Source: the human T2T-CHM13v2.0 reference genome, Homo sapiens. From it: a stretch of 64,000 nucleotides of DNA. Numbering within the stretch: the first letter of the stretch is position 1; each line of letters opens with the position of its first letter. The stretch lies in assembly GCF_009914755.1 (NCBI RefSeq), contig NC_060945.1, one strand, 5' to 3'. Shown here piece after piece: positions 1-14,946 of this stretch. Under the pieces are notes generated by a model. It was not told the origin of the DNA and searched no databases. It was given only the letters and a program-made list of their open reading frames with translations. Made by a program: the position numbers and the translations under genes.

Positions 1-309
1 GGACCTATTTCTTCAGGGTTTATAATTTATGTATGTTGTTACAAATAGAGAAATTACTTTTTCTTTGACCCAATAGGTAGAGGGCACTTTTGTGGACTCA
101 GAAAGCTTGCCTCTCCTATTTTATTTTAGGAAAATTTCTCAGATTCTGCCTCCTCATTTCCAAGCCAGAGTTTAAAATATTTACATTTTTACTTCATAGT
201 GTTAAGACATTGTGTAATGTAAGTATAATGTGTAAAAAAAAATCTTAAAAATCTAATAGTGATTTGGCAGAGACCAAAGCATGGAGGGCCTTGAAATGCT
301 GCTCTATTT

Positions 310-1239
310 GTTATCTATTATTATAAAGCAATTACCATAAACTTAATATCTTAAAACAGCACCCATTTACTTAGGTCAGAACTCAGGGCAGGCTCAACTG
401 TGCTCTCTGTTTAAGGTCTCACAGGATTCAAATCAAGGTGTTACCTGGGTGGAGGCTCCGGGGGTGAATCCTCTTCTGGGGCATTCAGGTGTGGGAGGAA
501 TTCAGTTCTATGCAGTTGTAGGGCTGAGCTCGCCATTTTCTTTTTCTTTTTTTTTTTTTTTTTTGAGACAGAGACTTGCTCTGTCGCACAGGCTGGAGTG
601 CAGTGGTGCAGTCTCGGCTCACTGCAACCTCTGCCTCCTGGGTTCAAGTGATTCTCATGCCTCAGCCTCCAAGTGGCCGGGATTACAGGCGTGCACCACC
701 ATGCCGGCTAATTTTTTTTTTTGTATTTTTAGTAGAAACGGGGTTTTACCGTGTTAGCCAGGATGGTCTCGATCTCATGACCTCGTGATCCTCCTGCCTT
801 GGCCTCCCAAAGTGCTGGGATTACAGGCATGAGCCACCACAACCTGCTGAGCTCACAATTTTCTTACTGCCTATTGGTGGGTCACCCTCAGTTCCTAGAG
901 GCCACTCTTTGGTTTTTGCTCCTGGCTCTTTTTATCTTGAAAGATAGCAACAGTGTATTGAAATGTTCCCTTGCTATGAATTTCCCTTTTGCTACTAGCT
1001 GGAGAAAACTCCAGCTTTCAAAGAGGTTATTTGATTAGATTAGGCAAATATCTCTTTTGATTAATGCAAAGGCAGTTGATTGGTGGCTTTAATCACATCT
1101 GCAGAATTCCTTTGCCATATAATATATTAATGGCATTAACCTTGTCATGATATTTCATCATATTTACAGCCTCTGTATTAGGGTAGGAAATTTGGTGGGG
1201 TTGGTGGTATGCGGGCATTTTAGAATACTGCCTACCACA
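310..1239. mobile_element. MaLR LTR (MLT1-type) interrupted by an Alu
   Basis: Typical MLT1 motifs (aaatcaaggtg, end ..tagaatactgcctaccaca); left edge approximate. Confidence 0.65.
541..847 (-). mobile_element. Alu (S/Y)
   Basis: Poly-T followed by Alu antisense; TSD tgagctcgccattttct / tgagctcacaattttct. Confidence 0.95.
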
Positions 1240-2506
1240 CATTCTGTATTGAGGGGTTTGTGTGTGATTCAGAATATATTTGTATTCCTTTAGAAAGATT
1301 GCTGTGGCAGCAGGGAGGAGGATGTGGCAGAAAGGAAAGATACTGGCAGGAGAAAAATCCCACTCTTAGCAGTCTCCATTTTGATTTTGTAATGTCGTTT
1401 GATGTTTTTTTTTAGCAGATGTTTCAATCAGAAATGTGTGTTTAATAGTATGCCAACTAGAATGATTAGCCTGGACCAGAACAAGAGTCATGAGTCAGTC
1501 ATTGAACTGTTCATTACTTCAGGTCAATTCATACACAGAATAATTTCATAGATTAGGTTTTATTTCAGTCAGCTTTATTTCACTTTCTAAAGCAAACAGT
1601 TGTTTAAACCTCGGATCTCATTAACAGCATTTTAATAAACACAGTATTAGGGTGGGTTTACTTACCTAGATTGCGAATCTCATGGATTATATATTGATTC
1701 TTATAGGCTTAATTTTTGAATCGGGCATTATTTATTGTAATTCTTTAGTCTTACGTTTTGCATGTTTGAAGCTATATTTTTTCCTCTGAATACCACATTT
1801 GCCATGTCTCAGAGATTTTTTTGATGTTTCTTAATCATTTAAAAATAATACATGATTTTTCTTCTTGATTGAAACTCTGCCATTATATAGAAAGGACTTT
1901 TAAATTTTGCCAGTGGATAGATTTGGGAGTTTATCCTTATATTGTGAATTTCTAATTTTTATTGTATTAGGTCTAGGGACGCATCTGCTTTTACTGGATA
2001 TAACCTAGGAAATACCTGCTTTTTAAAATATGTGGACATTTCCTTATGACCATACATGTGAATTTTTTTTGAAAATTCTATGTACATTTGAATGGAATGT
2101 TTTCTCTATTTTTGGAATTCAGAGATCTGTGTGTATTTTATGTGTCTGTTTGAATCAAACCCGATCATTGCTATTATTTATTTCATATCTACTTAATATC
2201 CTGATTTGAGAGCTATGTTAAAGTCTAATCTATGCATGTTATTTCTACTCAGCTTTACTTTCTATGTGTGACATATACGTATTAGGTGTATAAACTTTAA
2301 TGACTATGGCTTCTTTTGGAATTTACACTGTAACATAAAACTTATGTTATTATGAATTATTATCTTTGACTTGTTCACTGCTTTTTAGTTTAAATTCTGT
2401 TTCTTTGCAATTATTGCTATACCTGCATTTTTTGGATAGCGTTTGTGTTTTTTCCCCTCAAGTCTGTTTTTGAATTGTGTATGTCACTGTGCATTGTGCA
2501 TATGTA

Positions 2507-2509
<3 letters not shown>

Positions 2510-2561
<52 letters not shown>
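2510..2561. repeat. (TA)n microsatellite
   Basis: About 25 perfect TA units. Confidence 0.97.
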
Positions 2562-3166
<605 letters not shown>

Positions 3167-4404
3167 ATTCATTTTATATTATATATGTGTACACACACAC
3201 ACATACATAAATGAAGTCTGTAGTATAGTTACAGGTAAAATATGCATATGTGTTAAGTAGTATATTTGGCATATTTTGAAAGTTGCTGTCTTTTACTAGA
3301 GAATTTAACCTATTTACATTTGCTATCCATGGACTTGAATGTTAGCTTAACAGACATTAAAATTTTGGTTTTAAATAATTTTTTATAGACTTAGGAAAAC
3401 AAAGATTTTTTGGGGGTTTCTTTTTAATTCAGTATTGGTAATGAGAACTGATGCCCGATTCTTCTTTTTTTGTAATGATTTGTTTTCTTTTTTATGTGGC
3501 TCCAAGAATTTTCCTTTTATCCTTGTTATTTCAAACTTTCTGGGAAGTTTTTACCTGAACCTGCCATTCAGGGAGTTTAAAGAGGCATTGTTACAGATCA
3601 AGAGTGAGTATTTTTGTAGGGATATAGAGATAAGTGGAACAGTGATAATGACTCTTTGGGTTTTAGGTTCCTCATCTGTTGAATGAGGATTATGCTTAAT
3701 TAAATGTTAGCTTTTATTATTAGATATATACATAACTTTTCCTTTAGAATTTTAGTGATTATAATCCCTTCTATTTTCTCCCCTTCTGGTACTCATATAA
3801 AACAGACGTTGCACCTTCTGGATCAGATTTTCATGTCATTCTGCCTCTTTCTCTTGCTTTCCATCTTTGTTCTTTATTACTGCATCCTGGGAGAATCCTA
3901 GTTGCCTAACACTAAAAACAGATTGGTGAAGATTAAAAACAAATTTGGAGCATGGGGAGCCTTACAATACTTATTTATTAGAGCACGTAGCCTAAAACCA
4001 TTGCTATAGTTGGTACAGAATAAATACTGGATAATTAATTAAATGAACTGTGGAATATTTAACTTCTTGGTACTTTTTTATGATACAACTTTAATCTCAG
4101 AAATTTTGTTCATTCTGTTTTTTATAGATACATTTTGACAGATTATTTCAATCTATTAAATAAAAGTTTTGAAAATTCCTCAGACTCATTCTTAAAATTG
4201 GTAATATGAGTTCTCACTGAGTTTTTGTTGTTGTTATTGTGTTCTTGGATTAATATGGGAAAATATTATTATAACATGTTGCTTTTTTCCTTTTCTTACT
4301 CCCTGTCTTTTCAATGATGAATAAAAGTAAAAAGAAAAAATGCCATCTAGGAATTTTCATTATTGATTCAAATAAACCATTTAGTTGATAAACCATTTAA
4401 GGGC

Positions 4405-4834
<430 letters not shown>

Positions 4835-5730
4835 TAAGAGTGTTGACATTTGAGAAGTTCCCTGTAGAAATCTATTCTTTGATATTGTCTATGATTTTAC
4901 AAGTACTTTTTATTTGGTTTAGGAAGATACATTCCAGACTGTGTATATATAATAAACATTTTCTTTTAATGCCGAGTGCTCTTCATTAGCTATTTAATTG
5001 TAACATATGGGTTTGAAGCGTTCCCCTAAATGTAGTGTTTTATTTTCCTTCTTTTATTCACTGATATCTTTATATGATATTGTGAATTAGTATGTTAGAT
5101 ATATTCCAGTACTTTTCATAATAGTTTAGCTAATATAATATTTTTCATTGCAGATATGATTAAGAGAACATATTGGTGTTTCTAAAATGAGAAAGACATT
5201 GAGAACCTGGTCAATTTAAATTATTTTCTGTTATTATATACTTACCTCTCATTATATTTTATCTGCCAAGATTATTTTTAGTGCAAAAGGCTTCTGCAAA
5301 ACTTGCCATATGGTATCAAAATAAGCGATTTTAGATTTTAACAATTTAGCAGAAATTAGTTATGTTAATGAGTTGTTATAAACATTTTTCAACAGATTGA
5401 TTGTACTTTTTCTTTCGACATTTACGTGACCTTTCTCTTTGGACATTTAGACTACCAAGGTGTTGTATTTGCAGTTAATTCTGGGTTCTGTTAATGCACT
5501 AAACATATTTAGATACCTTGGGCATTACAATATAAAAAATTACCTGTTTTGTAAAAGCTGGTTATTACACTTTATCAATGAAGACAAATATTTATTTTTT
5601 TCTGTGTTTCTAATGCATTAATACCCTTGAGTGCCAAAATAGCACTGAAATGTTATTCTGTATACTTATAAACATTATATAAAATTAAAGTGTCACAACA
5701 GTAATTAGTGTTTATGAGTTATTTAGAAGC

Positions 5731-5923
5731 TTCTCCTGCTTCAGCCTCCTGAGTAGCTGGGACTACAGGTGCCCGCCACCACATCCGGCTAAATTTTTGT
5801 ATTTTCAGTAGAGATGGAGTTTCACTGTGTCAGCCAGGATGGTCTCGATCTCCTGACCTCGTGATCCACCCGCCTTGGCCTTCCAAAGTGCCAGGATTAC
5901 AGGTGTGAGCCACCGGGCCGGCC
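5731..5923 (-). mobile_element. Alu lacking its 3' end and tail
   Basis: Begins abruptly at ttctcctgcttcagcc and ends gagccaccgggccggcc. Confidence 0.9.
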
Positions 5924-7307
5924 AGAGTTTTGTATCTCTTTCTTTTCTTCTTTCTGATTCAGCCCTCAGGAGTCATTTAGCTTTGTTATGTTGATTCAAT
6001 GCAGTAGACTGATGACAGTGAGGAAGAGTTTGATAGTATGTGAGATACAGATTTACACATAAAACATTGAAAACAATTATAATTTTAACTACTGTAGTCC
6101 CTGGTTAATTAGCAGAATATAAAGTCAGTGTAGTAACATGTGAAGATATCCACAGTAATGTTAGCAGGGTCCAACTGTCTCTGCTACGTGAGGCTCCAGT
6201 TATCTCAGCTAAGCTGTTTATGAGCCACACTCACAAACAAGATCACCAAAAGTTAAGTCTTTTTGGTATATGTATAGGAACACCTATCTATTAGGGCCTG
6301 TTTGAAGCAGCATTTTTGGTGCTTTGGATACAAAGATAGTATGGTGCCTCAACTGAAGGATCTTGGATTAGGATGAGAAAAAGGTAAACTGATCATGTAA
6401 TGGCATAAGCAAGTAGGTACCATGTAACGGTGTAAACAAAAATTTATGTTAGATAGTCATTTCCCAAAGAGAGATTTCATACTGTATAGTACAGGGCTCA
6501 TCAGACTCTCTTCAAAGAAAATGATGCTCAAAATGGACTTGGGAGAATGAGGAAGAGTTTGTGAATCATTCTAAGGGAAAACTGAATAAGTAAATGCAAC
6601 ATTTTACATAATTTCTTCTGACTTCTTATGTGTTCACTTGCCCTAGACTGCCCCTCTTGTTTGGGGCTTATTTCTGTGCGTTTTACCACTTGCAAGATAA
6701 TGGAGGCAGGTTGAAATGGGAAAGATACCAGATGACTAATTTTTTTCCCCCACATTTCTATCTTTTGTTAAGAAATTTGAAGTTGATTGCTACATTGAAA
6801 TATGTAGTTTTGTTTTTTTTTGTGAGTCTTTAACCATTTGTGTCCCTGTTAACTTATAATTGATGAGTTTATTTTGTATTTATTTTTAGGCAGGGTAAAA
6901 TAGTAATATGCCTCATAAATAATATATGTTCCTATTACTAGTTTTGGTAGGATTTAAAAACTTTATAATAATCCTCAATATAGAAACCTGCCCCTTTAAC
7001 CATATTACCATTTGCTTTTAAAAAAAAATCTTTAGGTTTTGTTTCTAAAATGGTTCACAATTTATTTTTGAAAATATAAGGAATGAAATTCTAACTTTCT
7101 AATTTGAATGGAAGGATGAGTTGGTAGCACACGAAGCACTAAATTGAGTAATGTAGATTTTATTATTTTTAACGAATCCTTTAATATTTTGCAGGTTCAA
7201 TTTGTTTACTTGTGATGTACAGAGAGTTTTTTATACCTTCCCAGCTTATATTTGAATATTCCTTTTCAAGGTTTTATAAAGAGATTTCTCGCCTTTACCC
7301 CTTTCAG

Positions 7308-7470
7308 CGATGTGCATTTTGTAAGCACTTTGGAGCCACTATCAAATGCTGTGAAGAGAAATGTACCCAGATGTATCATTATCCTTGTGCTGCAGGAGCC
7401 AGCTCCTTTCAGGATTTCAGTCACATCTTCCTGCTTTGTCCAGAACACATTGACCAAGCTCCTGAAAGAT
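7308..7470 (+). pseudogene. KMT2C: KMT2C-like exon 7 (163 bp, extended PHD finger)
   Basis: tttcag|CGATGT...GAAAGAT|gtaagt; translates RCAFCKHFGATIKCCEEKCTQMYHYPCAAGASSFQDFSHIFLLCPEHIDQAPER. Confidence 0.95.
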
Positions 7471-9495
7471 GTAAGTTTACTACGGATAGACTTTTAAACT
7501 TCAACCAATGTATTTACTGAAAATAACAAATGTTGTAAATTCCCTGAGTGTTATTCTACTTGTATTAAAAGGTAATAATACATAATCATTAAAATCTGAG
7601 GGATCGTTGCCAGAGATTGTTGGGGAGGGAAATGTTATCAACGGTTTCATTGAAATTAAATCCAAAAAGTTATTTCCTCAGAAAAATCAAATAAAGTTTG
7701 CGTGTTTTTTATTCTTAAAACATTTTAAAAACCACTGAAGAAAGATGTAAATAGGGACTGTGCAGTATTTCTGACATATACTATAAAATTATTAAAAAGT
7801 CAATCAGTATTCAACATCTTTTACACTAAAAAGCCATCCAGTTGAAGAATTAGAAGAAAGTTCACTCAGGTGTTATTTCAGGATTTACGTTAATAGGAAC
7901 ACCAAACCCTTCTGAAATTCTTGGAAATTTTGTATCCCTGATAGGTGTGATAGAAATCTCTGCTAGCACCTTTTCATGATTCATCTATCTTAGTCATCTG
8001 TAATCTGCAGTTGTGCTGTTTTCCTTTCTTTTCCAAATAGTATTTTATAATTCAATGAAAATGTTTAAATGCTTGAAATTTACATTATACAGGAAATCAT
8101 AACTCTACTATTGTATCATTAAATAGAGATCTCTCCTTTTTCTTACTATGTGTTTTCCCAATGAGCATGTATATTTTGGCATCTTTTTTCTCCTAGTCTG
8201 TTGAATTTCCAATCTTATTATGGAACCTCCATGATATTTTATTCAGTCTTTTTTATGTCACCTCTTATTTACCTAATGTTAGCTTTTACCTGTTCCTTAG
8301 CAATGTTGATAAAAGCTTTTTTTCCTATCTTCTCCAGGTCTGTGAAACATAAGTATAGCTACTCCAGGCTTAAACTAATCTAAAATATGGTTAGTGTACA
8401 TGATCATTACCCTTTATCTTTGTTGAGTACCCTAATTTCATTTTCCATTAAAATTATTTTGTGTCCACATATGTAATCATATCACCCTTAGTAACCTAGT
8501 GTACAGACAAATTATAGGTAAGGCAAACAAAAATTTTAAATTATATTTAAGCTAATAAGGGATTTAAAGTTTTAAAATGCTTTAGATTGTACACTCTTCA
8601 ATCTGGAAGAGAAGAACTTTCATGCACAGCAACTGTTGTGGCTACTATTTATGTACTGAGTTACTTCAGCAAGTGCATACACTGGCAGTTATCAGAGTGG
8701 ATTATATTCTGAGTGGCATAATAAATATACTTTGTCATCTCAATAAAACAATTTTATGTGTATGTAAGAATCTGAATTTTATTCAGCCTTTTGTGTAGTC
8801 ATGCTTTAGACCTCAGTAAACAACATGCAAACTTGTATAAGAATGTTGCTCTGATGTTAGAACATTTTTTTACTCAATGGCAGTGCTACTTTCTACTGAA
8901 AACTGTGTTCTAATAGTGTATACCTTCAGTTACATGTTAGCAATCATAAATCAGTTTGTAAAATAATAAACTAAATACTGAGGTGAGATAATTTGCTGTT
9001 GTTGATCATGTATATAATGAAAGGTTTATGGCAACATAAAGCTAAAAGATATACTAAAATTATGAGTACTCTGCCTTTTTCCAAAATAGACTTATGGAGA
9101 CTCATAAAAATACATGAGCAAAAGGATAAAACTAAAAATAAGTAAGGAAATTTGGCAATGGAAAATTTAGATAGGATAAATATGAAGATAATAGAGAGAC
9201 CCCCAAAAAATGTGTAATTCCAGACAAACCACAAATTTGGCCCCATACCTTTTCAACAGTCAATACAAAGAAGGACATATGAGCCCTTAATCTGATTCTT
9301 ACTATTTATAACATCACTTGATATAATGATATAATAATAAGACATCCCTTGATAGAATGCAATGAAAAATTGTCTTAAAGTAGCCACCTTGCAGTAGAAA
9401 AATACCAGTTTCATAGGGCTGTTGCTTATAGCAGCCTTCAAACTAAGTCAGTGGTATAAAATCAAGGCCTAAATGACTAAATTAGATTTCTTTGG

Positions 9496-9800
9496 TTTTT
9501 TTTTTTTTTTTTTTTTTGAGATGGAGTCTCGCTCTGTCACCCTGGCTGGAATGAAGTGGCATGGCCTTGGCTCACTGCAAACTCCGCTTTCTGGGTTCAG
9601 GTGATTTCTCCTGCCTCAGCCTCCCAAGTAGGTGGGATTACAGGCGCACACCATAACACCCGGCTAATTTTTTGTATTTTTAGTAGAGACGGGGTTTCAC
9701 TATGTTGGCTAGATTTGTCTCGGACTCCTGACCTCGTGGTCTGCCCGTCTCAGCCTCCCAAACTGCTGGGATACAGAGGTGTGAGCCATCGTGCCCGGCC
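9496..9800 (-). mobile_element. AluS-like
   Basis: Poly-T plus full antisense Alu. Confidence 0.93.
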
Positions 9801-12076
9801 TCCTTGGGGATCTTAAACAGTGCATTCTAACTACACAGCGTTCTGACTCATCTGTTAAGAAGATCATAATCTTGGATTAAGTTCCAAGGATATAATTTAA
9901 AGAATATTGCAGATAGGATGTTTTGTCACCTTTTTAACATCTTTTATAAATATTTCTTCCTATCCTAATTGTGTGTCATGGCAGAAGTTACTTTTTATGC
10001 TTTTAAAATGATACTGTCTTAAATCATAGTGCTATTATGAGTGTTAAATGAACACAATGAATGGAATTCACATAACATTGTGCCTTGTATATATTAATTG
10101 CTTTAAAAAGGGTAGATATTTTACCTCATATCTAAGGCTTAAGTTATGAGAATGATAATACATATTGAGTATATGTATTTTCTGTTGCTTCCTAAAGGGC
10201 AGAGCAGTAGCTGTGATAGTTGACTGAGTTAGGAGTAAGGTTGACATCTTTTTATAAAAGTTGAGAAATTTAACAAAAGCATGTATCTCATTATAAAGAA
10301 ATCCACTAAAGAGAGTATCTGTGAAGAAGGCCAAGATTTTCATCAGGAAACACTTTTAGGGTGCTCTGTCATAGGTAAATGGCTGGTCATTGTTGCAACA
10401 TTATTTTCATGATGATACAAGGATACATTAACCTTGTCTGGAAATTTTACACTAAAAATCCATCTAGGAGATACAACCAGATATACTTCCTGAATAGGTA
10501 AACTGAATGGTAAGAAGCCAATCATGCAAGATAAGAGGAAAGACATTCCAGGGAGAGGGAACAGACCACTACACAGACCTTGAGGAGTGGACTTGGCATG
10601 ATTCATGAACAGACAGCATGTCATTTTACTTGGAGCATAGTAGCCTACTAGGTGGGGGTAGTAGAGACATCATCAAGGCGAACAAAGGCTAGATCATGAA
10701 GGCTTGTAAGCAAGGGAAGGAGTTTGGGTTCTGTTCGGTCTGCAATGAGAAGTTTTTGCAAGGTTTAAACATGGAAATGCTACATATCTTAATTCACCCC
10801 CTGTTCCTCAATGTATTTACTCATCATTTAGCTTTAATTCCTTTTACTTCACTTAAGCTTTAACTCCAGCCTCTTTTCTTTGGTTATCTTTGTATTTCTT
10901 GACATTAAGTCCTGCTGCTTTTCTTTTACCCTAAATTCTGTCAGTCCTCTGACCTTTCTTATCTACCTGCCAATGATATGGTCTAGCCTCTTTGGATGAC
11001 ATCCATGATTTATTTTTTCTTTCCAGAGATTCTCTTTTATAGACAAATCACTCAGCCCAGTGTCCTGCCAGTGATGAAAATTGGCAGATGATAGGGTGTG
11101 ATGGAAATTAGAAAGCAATGCTGATTTGGTCCTTTTTCAATTTACACTGTATGACAGCTATTTTGACTTTTCTTGCTGTTCACCAATGCTTTTATTCTTA
11201 TGTGTTGTCTGGACTTTCTTAAGCAATAGTTTCATCAAGTTTAAGGATCTGTGATAAGCTCTGTTCTAATTTAAGCTGAATGTTTTTGTCTTTTTTATTT
11301 ATCTCTTCTCTTTTTACAGCTGTCTCTTAGGAAATGACCTTCTCTAAAGATGATCATTTTGTTTCCTCTCACTTTTCTCCTGCCATAAGAACCTTGCTCC
11401 CTTTACTTCATTTAGCTTTATTGTATGCCATTGTTGGCATTTCATGTCTACTTTTGTGTATACTCAAATACTCATCACTTTCATTGATCAGTAGTAAAGT
11501 TTGCTGAGGAGTCAATTTGATTAGTAGTCAAGAGCCTGATCTTAGAAGCCAAATAGACCTGGACTTTACTCCTCTCCCCTCTTAAATTATCTTTAGTTAT
11601 AGCCTGTCTTTTTGCTTTTTCAACTGTTTAAAGAAAAATTTTTTAGTTGATTATTGCTTTAAACTTAATGTCTCTGGCTTACAGACATGTGTGTCTAAAT
11701 ATTCATATTTAATTTCTGTGATGACACCAAACCTATCCAGTAGTATCGATAATCTTCTTATACATGACCTCCGTAAGGTTGTTTCAGTATTCCCACACAT
11801 CTTCTCCCTGACTGGGAGGGTTGGAACCAACCTCATTTCTTTGTGTAGTGCTTTTAAAAATAATATTGTTTTTCACATAAGGTATATTAAGTGTTTTTGC
11901 ACCAGATGTATTACATGGATGTTTTCCTTTGACTAATTTATTACCAATGATCCATAGTAATCAGATAACACAGCAAGGTTGTCAGTAAGGCATTGGTGGA
12001 GATCATCATAGTCTAAAAAGTGATTTTTGTGACAATGACAGTTGTCTTGTTGCAGAGTGAACTTTGTTGTATATAA

Positions 12077-12348
12077 CAGTGCTGTGCAGTATAAATATAA
12101 TGTGAGCAACATAAGTAATTTTTCTAGTGGGTATGTTAAAAATTTGAGAAAAAGGAAACATTTGGGAAGAATTGTAGTAAATTTTATTTAATTCAGTAAT
12201 CCAAAATAGTAATATTTCAAATTTTGAGATACTTTTTCCCCATTAAGATTTTGGAATTCAGTGTGCATTTTATGCTTACTGCATACCTCGATTTGAACTA
12301 ATTACATTTCACTTGTTCAGAAACCACATGTCGCTAATAGCTACCATG
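12077..12348. mobile_element. MER33-like hAT MITE
   Basis: cagtgctgt...aatataatgtgagc...ccacatgtcgctaatagctacc; a related copy lies near 29192-29430. Confidence 0.6.
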
Positions 12349-12918
12349 GCAACTTGAAGTGTCAGGGGAGCAAACTCTAGAAAGTTTCACAGAAGCATTT
12401 TAGTGTTCCTAGGAGAGTATAATAGAAAAATGAATTGATTATCTGATAATTAGTTTCTGATAATTAGTTGAGTATTCCCCCAATTTTTAAAAGTTTTACA
12501 GTGAGCAAAAAGAGATCAATTTTTCAATGTACATATTTTGAAAGATAAATACTAGTACTCTCAATATTAAGAAACATAACATCCCAGTTATGTCCTTTCT
12601 ATCAAAAATGAACCAATTTATGATGCTTCCATTGTTAATGATTTATTTTAAATGCCTATCACTTAAAGAGCCATTTAAAAGTGATTTTAGCAGTAAGTCC
12701 TTCACTTAAAATATGTTCAATAAGACTTGATTCATGTTAGGCAGTTGGGGATACAAAGTTAAAAAAGTTAAGGCCCCTGTCCTTCAAGGATCCACAGAGT
12801 TGTGCTGTAAATAAATGATTATACAGAAGTTTCTTGTAAGCATATGGATAAAAGTAATATTCAACAACTAAATGGGTATTTGGGTGTGGTAATAGGTATT
12901 CAGGAAATAATGTGCAGA

Positions 12919-13212
12919 TTTTTTTTTTTTTGAGACAGGGTCTCACTCTGTCCCCCAGGCTGGAGTGCCGTGGCATAATCTCTAGTCACTGCAGCCTCCA
13001 CCTCCTGAGTTCAAGCGATTCTCCTGCGTCAGCCTCCTGAGTAGCTGGGACTACAGGCATGTGCCACCACACCCTGCTAATTTTGTATTTTTAGTAGAGA
13101 TGGGGTTTCACCATGTTGGCCCGGCTGGTCTCGAACTCCTGACCTCAGGTGATCCATCTGCTTTGGCCTCCCAGAGTGCTGGGATTACAGGCGTGAGCCT
13201 CTGTGCCCAGCC
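12919..13212 (-). mobile_element. AluSx-like
   Basis: Full antisense Alu. Confidence 0.94.
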
Positions 13213-13229
13213 ATGAGCAGAGTTTTGAA

Positions 13230-14330
13230 GGCTGGGAGCACAGCAGAAAAACAAAATTTCAAGCCGAGGGAACAGAATGTGTAAAAGCACACAGACATGA
13301 ATAGCATGTTATGTGAGGTGCATGGCAGACAATCCACCATGACCATGAAATAGTGAGTGGTTCTGAGATTCAGTTGGAAAGGGAGATAAGGACCTTTTTC
13401 CCTCATACTTGAAAATTCTGATTTTCTTTTAGGTGAAAAATGAGGTATTGGTGGAGTTTTAATTTATACAGAGGTTAACAATTAGATTTACATTTTTGAA
13501 AGATTGTTCTGGATGTGTAGAAAATGATTTAGAGAGGACGTCAGAACCATAAGTAGAGATGATTTGATGCAGAAGATACTGCAGTTAGCGAGACAGAGTA
13601 TTAGGTAGGTGCAAAAGTAATTGCAGTCTTTGCCATTAAAAGTAATGTCAAAAACTGCAGTTACTTTTGCACCAACCTAGTATGATAGACTAAACTATAA
13701 ACATATAAAGAAAGAATGATGTGTAGGAAGTTTAATACATAAGAATTGGGATCTGGCTGGATGTGTTGGGTCAGGGCTGAGTTCAGAGTCAACAATGATA
13801 CTAAGGTTTCTGCCTTTATCTATTCTTGAGAAAAATGGATGCTGTTTCGGGTTTTTAAAAAAGTTTCACTTTAGAGCAGTTGAGATTGAGTGTTTAGAAC
13901 ACCTGGCTATTGAGATCCAGTAAGATTTGAAGAATAAAGGTTTGGGGTTTATGAAAGAATTCTAGGACCAATAATACAGATTTAGGAATCATGGTGGCAT
14001 TTTATGGCGTGAGAGTTGATGTGATCACAAAGGGAAACTATGGGGGATTAGGAAAGAAGAAAAAGGATGAAATCCTAAGAAACTCCAGCATTTAGAAAGA
14101 TTGTATAGTTACAAAAGCCAACAAAGGAGGATGAGATGAAAGTGGGGGAAAACTAAGGAGAAATTAGGAGAGAGTTGCCATGATAGAAACTAAGGAAAGG
14201 GGCATTTTAATGTGGGAGTGGCTAGCAATGCAAATGCTACAAAGTGCAGAAAAGCCAAAGACTAAATCGGGTTTCCTATGGGCATTGGCAGCCTCACTAT
14301 TGTAGCTTCAGATGAGTATTAGGTGCTAAG
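13230..14330 (+). mobile_element. Degraded L2 LINE
   Basis: Purine-rich L2 3'-region motifs (agatttacatttttgaaagat, aaactccagcattta); edges approximate. Confidence 0.55.
13601..13680. mobile_element. MADE1 (Hsmar1-derived 80-bp palindromic MITE)
   Basis: ttaggtaggtgcaaaagtaattgc...gttacttttgcaccaacctag flanked by TA on both sides. Confidence 0.92.
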
Positions 14331-14350
14331 CCAGCCTTCATGAAATACGT

Positions 14351-14540
14351 CAGAGGTCCAGCCAGCGTCCACATTTTGAAGCCTGTTTTTGTACTGCCCT
14401 CAAGCGAGGAATTATTTTTACATTTTTAAAAGAGTGTAAATAAAAACAAAAGGTCTGACTTTTTGTCAGAGACTGCTATGGCTCACAAAGCCTAAAATAT
14501 TTACTATCTGGCACTTTTCAGGAAAAGTTTGCAGACTCTG
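14351..14540. mobile_element. MER58-like hAT MITE
   Basis: ggctcacaaagcctaaaatatttactatctggc...aaaagtttgc; another copy near 47905-48092. Confidence 0.75.
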
Positions 14541-14658
14541 GTAGAAATAAAAGAAATATATTTTTACTCTGTTTCAAGATGCTTGACTGGAAAAGAAAGA
14601 ACGTATGAGTCAGAGAGAAATTGATAGGATTGACCAAACCTTCAAAAAATGGGAAAAA

Positions 14659-14946
14659 GGCTGAGTGCGGTAGCTCACACCTGTAATCCCAGCACTTTGG
14701 GAGGGTGAGGCAGGAGGATTGCTTGAGCTCAGGAGTTTGAGACCAGCCTGGGCTATGTGGTGAAACATCGTCTCTACTAAAAATATAAAAATTAGGTGGG
14801 CATGGTGGCACATGCCTGTAATCCCAGCTACTGGGGAGGCTGAGGCGTGAGAATCCCTTGAACCTGGGAGGCGGAGGTTACAGTAAGCCTAGATCGCGCC
14901 ATTGCTCTCTAGCCTTGGTGACAGAGTGAAACTGTCTAAAAAAAAA
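14659..14946 (+). mobile_element. Alu (J/S)
   Basis: Full sense Alu. Confidence 0.93.

Noticed and set aside
441-1038. Short ORFs here and at most other Alus in the window
   Set aside because: Standard Alu-derived translations.
13601-13680. Novel miRNA-like hairpin
   Set aside because: Explained by the MADE1 palindrome; no expression evidence is available from sequence alone.
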